NCBI GenBank assembly: GCA_048013815.1
Contig: CM106585.1
Coordinates: 9,362,001 to 9,426,000, forward strand
Direction: 5' to 3'
Source of the DNA: Setoptus koraiensis
Lineage: Eukaryota; Animalia; Arthropoda
Length of the DNA: 64,000 bases
Shown: positions 26,801 through 37,495 of the stretch, one piece after another
Layout: each line of letters starts with the position of its first letter
Position numbering within the stretch: the first letter of the stretch is position 1
Program-made: the position numbers and the translations under genes
Notes under the pieces: generated by a model
What the model was told of the DNA's origin: nothing
Seen by the model: only the letters and a program-made list of their open reading frames with translations
Database searches by the model: none

Positions 26801-29800
26801 CCTGTGGCAAGGCAGTGAAATGTCGCACTCGTGTGACAACCATTGACGAGCACAGCTGATCGAAGCCGCTGTCAAACTCACCTGATTGCCTGGCCGACCC
26901 GGTCTGTCACAGTGTGCAGCAAATAAAGTGACGCAACTCTTTCTTATGATAACTCTCCGACAAAATTATTGTATTAAAATCATTACATCTGTATATCCGT
27001 TTATTTGCAGGCAAATTCACCGCCTTCAACACCGGCGAGCTCCATATAAACCAAGTGGATTGGGCCGACTATCAGCGCAGCTACGGATGTCGCGTGCAAA
27101 ACAGCGTCACGTCGCTCGTTTCGTCCAGCTCGAACATGGCCCAGCTGATCATGACAGGTATTTATTTGTGTCCACGTTGTTTGTTTATTCTCTGCCAAAA
27201 AATAAACAATAAAAACAACAAAAGAATCTTTGCAGCTTCGAGCTTGCACCATTGGCCAGTTGGCCAGTTGGCCAGTTGGCCAGTTGGCGATCCATTGATA
27301 TTGTGCTCTGACACTAACACTCACATATTATTATTATGTTATATTGTGACATTACAATTTTTGGTCATTTCCTTTGTCATTCATCCATCTCATCGCTCCA
27401 GATTCCGCCATCTCGATCAACCAAGATCAACTGGCCAACATGTCGCACCAAAGTGTCGCCAACAATCTGGCCTCTCAGGTGCCTGTGAGGCCCGTGACGG
27501 GCCCAACAGCGCCGCGCGTTGTCCACAGCCAGAACCTGGTCATTGGTCTCGATTACAGGTACTATCAAGCTCAGCAGCACGACAATTGGGATCATCAGTA
27601 TCGTGATACTGGCGCCATCTACGCAACAAGCTACCACCAAAGTCAGCATTATCATCAGCCACAACAGCAGCAGCAGCAGTTGCATCCCTTTCAACAGCAA
27701 CAACAACAGCAACAGGCCACTCGTGCCCCAGCAAATGCGTTGCACAACAACGCACCCGATATACTCAAATCGCGCGTCATTATACCCTGTCTAGGTCAGG
27801 CATATCCGGCCCCAATATACAGGTGGCTATATCAGGCCAACAAATACTCCAAGGCCGTGCCGTTGGGCGAAATACAGCCCACAAATACGGGCCAAGACAA
27901 CCAACAGCACAACAGCAGCAGCAGCACGCCTCAGACCGCCACTAGTCCGCCGCCGGCTGCCGCCTCAAACCGTCCCGCGGCCGCCGGCCCCACCTCTCAG
28001 CTGGTTGTGCCCTCAAATGTTGTGGCAAACAGATTCTACAGGGCACCTAACCAGTGGCCCGTCACCCGGATGACGCTGGGCCCGGGTCTGTTAATGATTG
28101 ACTACCCCACTGTGCACGAAAGTGGGCGCTACCTATGTGAGATAAGCAATTCTGAGGGTACTACCCGTTGTGATATGCAAGTTATAATTAGGCAACCGAT
28201 AAAATTGTCAATAGAGATGAGCCATCAATATGGGCAATTGTCTTATTTAAATCAGCGCCACTTGGCAACCAATGACAAGCGCACATCGCAAGAACAAGAT
28301 GCAGACAACTTGAACGAAGTGATTGTCAATAATCAACAATTGGGCGATTATCAAGTGGCCAGCTCGCCGCTAGTGAACGAGCCGCCTGGGCCAACAATTT
28401 ATCAGAGATTTATTGGCGCTTTTAGACGAGCGTTTAGTTTTGTTTCCCAACCGGAAGTTGAAGAGAAGCCGCAGCAGCAGCAGCAGCGGCGGCGCGACAA
28501 GAGACAATTGTGGCGCCAAAATAAACTGTCCTATCACGACAAACTGACCGCTGGCTGGTTGGGCAACCAGTTGGCCGGTGACAGCAAGCCGGGCCGGATA
28601 AGCGTGCGGGCCAAATCACTGATAGAGCACGTGGCCATGGCCAGTGTCGGTCAGCGGCTCGAGCTCAATTGTAGCGGCTCTGGCAACCCCATAGACAATG
28701 TGCGCTGGTATAAGAACGGTCAGCTGATAAATGTCATTGGCCTGGCACAAATGGACATTGTCAATTTAGTCGGTTCGGACAGTTACTATTCTGGCATGCA
28801 AATGATGCAAAATGACAACACCAACAACGACAACGCGTCGTCGTGGACACCGACCACGGCCACCGGTCAGCGCCTGTTGAGCACGCTCATAGTGAAACAG
28901 ATACAACCCATAGACATCGGCCTATCCATATATGAATGTTTCGCCTACAACTCGCACGGCGACTCCCGGCGCGTCTCCTTTCCGCTGTTTGTGCTGGGTA
29001 GGTGCCCCCGTTGATTAGATGAGATTCGTGCGTAATTTGATGTATTGCGTATCATTGTCGCTTTATTGTCGCACAAAACTAACTTTCATATTCCGTTTTC
29101 CATTGTCTCCCCACAAATATCCACACATATCCACAAATATCCACAAATATCCACAAATATCCACAAATATCCACAAATATCCGCACACATCCGCGCACGT
29201 CCGCCGCAACGTGGATATCCGTCGCATCGGCGTATGGATATCCGTCGCATCGGCGCGTTGATATCCGTCGCATATGTGAATGTCCACTGCGCATGTGACT
29301 ATGTCGCTGCGCGCCAACGACCGCCCCGGTATGTGAATATCCGGTGAATACTGTACGCGAATAATGGCGACACCAGACTCGGCGCTTCTCATGGAGCTTC
29401 AGACAGCCAAAGAGCGAGACCCTTCCGCCGGCAAGCAGCAACCGGATGGCGCCGGCCAGGAGCAGCAAGTGCAATTGAACAGCTTCGATCAAAATTTCAA
29501 CTTGGACCAAACGATTCAATTTCAGGCCTCGGATCCCATGCTGGCCAATCAAAAGCCTGCCGTAATGGGCGCCCTGTCCAGAGTGAATCCCCTGAAGAAC
29601 GCGTACGTTGTTTTGGGCGACGACATTGAGCTGGTGTGCCCAATAGACGGGCAATTGCTCAACGGGAGCCTGTCACAGCAGCAGCGGTATGCAGAGGGCG
29701 CCTCAAACGACGACGACGACGACGATTGGTATTTAAAAAGCGGCCCCAGAGGCAAGCCCAAGAAAGCGGCCGGCGCAAATTGGGGCCACAGCAACGGCAA

Positions 29801-32800
29801 GCAGCTGCAGCAAATGCAGCGCCAGCAACAACAACTGCGCAACAGCATGGCAATATCCTGGCGCAAGAGTAAGTGGCCAAGTGGTTGCGTAACGGCACCG
29901 CCGGTTACCATCGGGCCGGACATACATGATTGAGTGATGCTCTCCGTTCTTCCTGTTTCTCGGTGCGCCCGTCTGCCGGGCCGGCCGGCCGTCCGTCCGC
30001 TGGTCCGCTGTCGGTGTGGCGCACGGACAAAACATCGGCAAGCGCACCGACGGCGGCAAGATTGATGCGCCGTCGAGACGCTGCCGGGCCGGGGCCCACC
30101 AAACTTAATGCCATTCAATATCGCTGCGTCCGAGTGGCGGCGGCACAGCCGCGGGATCCGGTCGCCAGTCGATCCGGCTGCCAATAATGAATGGCGAGCG
30201 AACGGAGCGGAGCGGATTGCAAATAAGCCAATCGCGCAGTCGACTTGATTTCGTGGGGCCCAATTGACTCTTAAACGACCGAATATAAATACAAGGACGG
30301 AATATAAATACACACACACACGGTCTAAATATGATCTACTGAATCTCTAATGATGCAATGCGCTCCATCTTGGGTGTGCGTGTGCGTGGCTCGCAAACAC
30401 GCACACGCACACTTTAGAGCGGGGCGACTTTATATTATTAGTGCAGCACAATATCATATATATATACCAGATATATCAGATATACGATACGTTTATATAT
30501 GGTGCATATGTGATATTACGAGCACATAGCGACGTTGTCATCAATTATTGTGTCCGTCTTGCATGCGCCACTCGGGGCCCCCCAACACCTACGACACACA
30601 CAGCCCCTGACTGCACAGCCGTGCAACACCCGCGCCAAGTTGCTCCGATCGCCCGCGACACCCGTTACGCCATTGGCATATCCGCCAGGCGGGCCCCAAC
30701 TTCGCTTAGCCGGTTTATCCACTAATAGGATAAATCGGTCGTTATATACGGCGAGCACACTAGATATTGTGGCCAGAAATGGTCGCCCTCAATTAATGCT
30801 CGCTGGGGCCGGCTCTGGTTTGGGGCCCCGTTCTGGTCTGGGGCCCCAGCGCGTGCTGGCAACATGATCGGAAGACATGATAAAATGCATTGTTTGGGGC
30901 TGTAATATAACTGTAATATTTATGCGCACAGTTTACAATTATACAACTTGTCTTGCGGTCTCATGTCGCGAGAGGTCGTAAAGCGGCAAACTTTGCAAGC
31001 TGGCCCCACCGACTGGCTATGCCGACAAGGGATATTGTGCGGCAGTGAGACAAGCGCCGGCGACTAGCGAATAGCTCGCTAGTCGCCGGCGCCAATAACC
31101 AGACCCGTGGATAACCGGTTCACCTGTGAATATTCACGGCAGTGGCGCCTCCGTGAGATTGTCGCAACTGACACTTGGCCGCCGGCAGAGGGAGCAAAGT
31201 GGCAAGCGCGAGAGTGAGCCCACAACAAATTTTATTCACAATTTTCGTCGCAACTTTAGTCGCAATTTTTGTCAGACAGTAACACTAATTGGGGCTAATT
31301 TTGCGCGACGACATGTCACACAAACAGCCCACCAAGAGCCCCGATGTGACTTTGCAATCTTGTTGCGCCATCTCGAGACATCGTTTGTATCTCGATAAGT
31401 CGTTTGCGGCTCGGGCCACCGTTTGCGGCCCGACCGGCCAGCGTGGCGAGACTTGGGGCTCGGCGGCCGAAACGAGAGTTCAGCGGCCGAAACGAGAGCC
31501 CAGCGGGCAAGTAGACTCACAACAACTCACTTGCGTGCCTCTGCCGCTTCTAGGCGAATTTGTGAACAAGTGAGGCCAAGTGGCGCGAGTGGGGCCCGGC
31601 TCGAGCGATCTGAGTGATATAACGAGAGCGCGTTGCGATATTGCCGGCAGCCAGATCGGGCACTTTGGCCAAGTCGATTTGGCGACTTTTGAGCAGGGGC
31701 GCAAAAGTCGAGGCGCACGCGGGCAAACTGGCGCCCGTTGGTACGTGTTTGGGCGCGCGAAACTTGGCAAGCCTCGGTGTGCCTGCCCAAAGGGGCCCAG
31801 CAAATGATAATAATCATAATGTAATCATTAGAGGCGATTATAATGAACACACACACTGCCGGCCGGCTCGCTCGCCGGCGGGCTGGCCAGTATTGACATA
31901 GCCAGCGTCTTGCCATATGATTGTTATTTTGATAACTGTTGTTAGCTGACACTAATCGAATTCTTTTCTCGCCCACATTTCTCGCCAACTATCTCGCTTC
32001 TACCCCCGCAACCACCGACAACCACCGGCAACCACCGGCAACCACCGACAACAACACCGACAACCACCGACAACAACACCGACGGCACTACCGCCAACAA
32101 CAACATCAACAACAACAACCAACCAACCGACAACAACAACGACAACCAACCAACCAACATCAACAACCAAACAACCGACGCCGACAACTACGCCGACCGC
32201 GACACGCTTATGTTGGGCCGTTGCAGCGGTGGCACAACAAAGGCAATTGTTGTTATTGCCCAGCAATAGCCGTCAGTTGATAAATGAATCTAATGGCACA
32301 TTAATTATTAGAGATGTTAGTAATAGATACGATCAAGGCAATTATGATTGTACATGGACTATGAAAAAGCCAGCCAGCAACAACAACAACAACAACGCCA
32401 GCGCCGCCAACAACTACATGCCCAACACAAGCCGAGACACCAACAACAAGCCAGACAACTCGCCAGTGGCGCCCACATTCAGCGCCAACAACAACGGCCC
32501 CACAACAACGGCCCCCCAGTCCGGCAGCAATAGTGACGATTCCGGCAAGCTCGCCGCGCCTCATCAATCATCATCAGCGCTGCCTGGTGGCGGGTATCTC
32601 GAGCAGGAGGACGGCTCCTCTTCCTCAATCAGCATCAACATCATGGGTTCGTAGCGCTACTACTTCATTACTGCCACTGGGCAAGCCCCCCCCTCCCCCC
32701 ATCTTGGCCATTCTCGGCCCAGTGGGTCCCTTGCCGGAGTCAGCCTGTCGTTTCGCTTACTTATGTTGTTATCCCGCCGGCGCCGGCCAAACTCACTCGC

Positions 32801-35800
32801 GATTCGTGAGCCAAACTCGCCCCTTGCGAGCCAAACAAGTGCGCACAATCACGCGCACTTGTTTGGCACATGTAGCATATTGTATCTGTGCACGCGTGTG
32901 CGGATATACGCCGCCGAGTATCGTTCGCGCGGGCCCCAATCGCGTTCGCCGGCCCCTCGCACAGTTTCCTGTGCTGGCTGCTCGGCGTTTGCTGCAGCAA
33001 TGGCGCTGCTCGCTGCGACGTTCGCTTGCCATTGTAACCGATTCCACTGGCTGGCTCGACGTCAGGCTGCCCGTTTGGGGCCCGGCGCCCCATTCTGTAA
33101 ACTTTTCAGCATTGTGCGCGCGGCGCGTTCATTAGGGCGCCGCCCGACGACGGGCACCGAGAGAACGTCGCTCAATCGCTCTGATGCGCCAAATATCCAG
33201 CGAATACCCTGCGACTATCCTGCCGAAGCCCAGCGAATATCCTGACAATGCCCGACCAATATCCAGCAAATATCCAGCAAATATCCGCTGCCGGCAGATC
33301 CAATCCACCGCAGCCAGTGGGGCAGCCAGTGATTGGGGCCCCCTGGCAGCACCAATCACCGTGCACCGGCGCAACATTGGTGCAGGGCGCCAGTGTGGTG
33401 CAAGGTGCCAGCGTGGTGCATGGTCGAATACCGTATCGCCAATGCGGTACAGCGTGCACCAGATTTCTGTGCACCAGATAGCGGCGGCATACCGCACGGT
33501 GCGGTGCTATATCTGTGCAGTGCGTATATCATGTAATGGTGCACTTGTGTCGGGCACGCACCGAGCCAGTCGTTGGGCCAAGACCGGCACAGTGCGACGG
33601 CTCGGGGAGCCCCAGCTCCAAGTTGCAGCCTGCAAGCTACGGCTGGCAAGTCGAGGAGACACAAGCGAGGCGCCCATCTCTTGCGAATGCGACGCTCGCG
33701 GGGGCCCCAAACATCATGATTCATTGTGTGTGTGTGTGTGCGACGACGAGGGGCCCACTGCAGCAGGCATTTAAAGTGGCCGACACTTGCCAGAATGCGC
33801 ACACAAAATCAGCTCAATCAAGTGGGCCGACATCAGCATGCATCACGATTGTCGGAGATGGGGGACTCGCGGCTGGCTGGCCGGCTGACTGGCTGATGGG
33901 CGAGGGGCGCGCAGCACGTAGCGGCATTAGATAGAGGCGCCCTAACGAGCCGGATCTGAGCCGTGGGCTGTGGGCCGAGCGAGTGCTCGTGAGCGAGCCT
34001 GTGTGAGCGAGCCTGTGTGGGCGAGCCTGTGTGAGCGAGGGGCCCAATTGCCCGGCGAGCGGATAATGAAAGCATGAATGAGAGCGCCGATATCCAATGG
34101 ACCAGTGGCGCCAGTTGACCCGCGCCCACGGGCCCCGCGCCAGCGATCGTCGGTGCAATAGTGGCGAAAAGGTGTGTGTGTTGTGCATCTAAAGTAGGCT
34201 ATTCATTTGGGCCCGTCGTCGCCACCAGCCAACAGAGCCCAAATGCCGAGAGGGCCCAAATGCCGAGAGAGCGAGCGGGAGACTCAATTGGCCGTTGGCT
34301 CGTGTGCCCTGCGAGCAACTTATCCGTTGTGTGTAAAGTTGTAAAGATTATCCTGTGCGTCGTTGTGCGCAAATTATCAGACCGTCGGCTCACCCGCGGC
34401 GACATGCTCGATCGTCGCCACTATTAATCGAATCCAAATATATCCCCGCCGACGCTTTATGCGCGATTTTCGCGGGCCCCCCTCGTCACGCGTGTGTGTA
34501 AATCTCACAATTGTCGGCCGGCCCGCGCTGTGGCTTCGTCGGGACACTGAGGCTCTCAGTGAGGTTCGCATTGGGGCGCTCACTGAGGCGCTCGTTGAGT
34601 TGTCAATGGGAGCGGTGCTCTCAATTGAGCCCTAATGTCAATGCGATTTCGCCGCACCCGATCCGCGGTTTGCCATAATTGTCCAATGGGGCCAATCAAA
34701 TCCAATGTCGGCTCGGCTGCAATTGACTGCTCACTGACTGACTGGCGCCGATTGATGGCCTAATTGGTGCAATCGTTTCACTGGGCCCGCCGTCATTTGG
34801 CACAAGCGTTGGCAATGATTGCGCAATTGGCCACAATGATACCCAAATGATACACTGCGCACAGAAGCCATTTAAATACCCGGCCATTGGAGGGGGGGGG
34901 GCAGTCAATTCTTTTTAGGCCGCTTTTGTGCCATCAATTCAATATTTATATTCCAATTTAATATCCCCAATAACATACAAACATAAGCGCACATACATGC
35001 GATCATTGATCAAACAACAACTTTTGCCCTTACTATTTTCTCCATTGTATGGTTGTTATATTAAAATTATTATATTTAGTGGGCCCCAAAATCGATCCCT
35101 TCGACTTCAGCAAGAGCCTCGAGGATGGAATGCGCGCGGTGGCCGTTTGCGCGGTTATTTCCGGCGACTCGCCCATCGATATCAAGTAAGTATTGAGTTG
35201 GGTTATGTCGCTTTATGTAGTACGTTATGTAGTCTGTTTTATGTAGTGTACGCAATGCAGTATGTTGTATGGCAGGGTGTTATGTAATGGCAGTATTATA
35301 AACATTTCTCTCCATTGTGTTTGCTGTTGTTGTTGTTGTTGTTGTTGTTGTCACCTATGATTATTATCTCATGCGCGCGCCTCTCTCTCTCTCACTCTCC
35401 CACTGTATGTTAGCTGGTTCAAAGATGGCCAATTGCTGATAGCCGATAATGAGAATGTCACCATCGACATGTCCAACGGTTTTGTGTCCACGCTAACATT
35501 CCATAGGATCCATCCAGCTCACACCGGACAATACACTTGGTGAGTTACATAACAATAATGGCCGAGCGGGGGCATAATAATAATAATAACATTGCTTCAA
35601 TAACGGCCACCCAGCCACTAGCTACTAGCTAGTAGCTAGCCATATATAGCTCATGCCGGCGACACAGTTGGCAAGCTCACACTGAAAATAAAAGCCGCCC
35701 TCTTCCGCCATCCACCTGATCTAACCGAAATAAATCTCTTCTGACACCTGTCGTCGAAACAACCCACTTTTTCCGGTTTTTTGTTGTTCACTGGTGCGCC

Positions 35801-37457
35801 AACAGTGTCGCCTCGAACAGTTTTGCCACGGCCAACTATTCCTCGAGCATGATTGTCAACGGTGAGTGATAATAATTTATTTTCATCCATCCATTGATCT
35901 GTCCATTGATCTGTCCATTGATCTATCCATTGATCTATGTGTTGTTTATTGTGTGTCATGTTGTGCTAATAATTGAATTTTTCCCACTATCGCTGTTGTC
36001 GTTGTTAGTGGCGCCCTATTTCATCGAGGCCCCCAAAGACACGCAGGTCATTCTGGGCCGCGACGTCTTGGTGAACTGCGAGGCCGGCGGTCAGCCAATG
36101 TGAGTAGCCGCAAATGTGCAAAATGGGCACACGAGAATTAAGAAAGAAACGAAATTCACCAAATTTTCCGCTTCTCCTCAGTCTCGCCGGCGAGAATTCG
36201 GGTGCAAAACTGAAATTTTTTGACTGGAAAACTTTTCTGAAAATTTTTTCTCCATTTTCCTCTCTTAAATTTTTCCCCTTTTTTCTCTCTCAATTTTTTT
36301 TCTTTTTGCCCGAAAAAAATAAAAAAATAAAAAATTTCTCAAAAACTTTTCCCGCGCCCCAATCAGAGCCCAGATCAGGTGGAAGAAACAGGTGAGCCTC
36401 GGGGGAATCAACGCGCCTGGCCCCACCAAGGCAGGCATGGACGGAATTCAGGAGGGCAGCTCGCTCGGGCAACAAGAGGGCGCCCATTTGTTGGAGGGCG
36501 GCCCAGTGGATATGGCAACCAGTGCGGAGAAGCATCTGCGCCACTCGCATCGATCCTCGTCGGCCTATCATCATCAGGAATTCAAGACAATCACCTCTAA
36601 TCCGCACATACAAATTCTGGAGAACGGCTCCATGGTTATAAGAGACGCCGAATTGTCCGACTCGGCAAAATACATGTGCCAGGCCTTCAATGGCATCAAT
36701 CCGAGCCTGAGCTCCATTATCCAGTTGGACGTTCTCAGTCCGCCCCAGTTTGACGTTAAATTTGAGACTGTCAGCGTGAAGAAGGGCGCCTCCATCAGGT
36801 TTGCCTGTGCGCCTCGAGGTGACCCACCAATAAACCTGGAATGGAAAAAAGACGGCCGCAGCCTGGCGCGTTCGCCAACTTCCGGTCAATCAGCCATCCT
36901 TTCAATGTCAAGTCAAGAGGCGAGTCAAGTTGGCTCGTCAAGTGATATAACGAGCGTTGTTGCGTCTGCATCAAAGTATCACATATTGCAGCGCAATCAA
37001 ACAAACAACAACAACAACTACCTGTATGCCAGTGGTAATGCCACTAGCTCGATTGTGGCGCCATCTATTCTTGGCTCAAATGGCATGGGCCTAGGCAGCG
37101 AGCTAATAATAGAATTTGTCGATAGAGCCGACTCGTCATTGTTCACCTGTTATGCGCACAATTCAATAGGTCAAGACGAGTTAACCTATAGGCTGATTGT
37201 GCAAGAATTGCCCGATGCACCTATCAACATTAGAGTGGCCAGTGTGACATCGAGCAGTATTAAGTTGTCGTGGCAACAACCGTTCGACGGTAACTCGCCC
37301 ATAAATCAATACATAATTGAATATAGGCAAGCCTCATTTAATGGGGCCGACACTGGCCAAGAGGCGGCGCTGGCCATGTTCAGTGCGGCCGCTTCCGGTG
37401 TCGTCGGGTCTCAGCATCAAAAGCACAGCCACAGCCGTTACCATCGCAACAAGAGCG

Positions 37458-37495
<38 letters not shown>

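Noticed and set aside
1700-27000. Hundreds of 60-265 aa ORFs on both strands in introns 2 and 3
   Set aside because: They overlap in several frames, are R/A/P/G/C-rich as expected from GC-rich low-complexity DNA, mostly start at GTG/TTG, and show no domain motifs or consistent splice sites.
27559-27731. Ig3 insertion as a spliced-out exitron (CAG|GTACTA...CCCCAG)
   Set aside because: The candidate is 173 nt, not a multiple of 3, and the whole exon is open without it.
1597-35079. Mutually exclusive exon arrays (Ig2, Ig3, Ig7) or sDscam-type tandem cassettes
   Set aside because: No duplicated Ig-like exon with the required Cys/Trp pattern and phase was found by eye; very diverged copies could have been missed.
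9081-35937. Tandem arrays as CRISPR-like repeats
   Set aside because: Units abut with no unique spacers, the context is eukaryotic and there are no cas genes.
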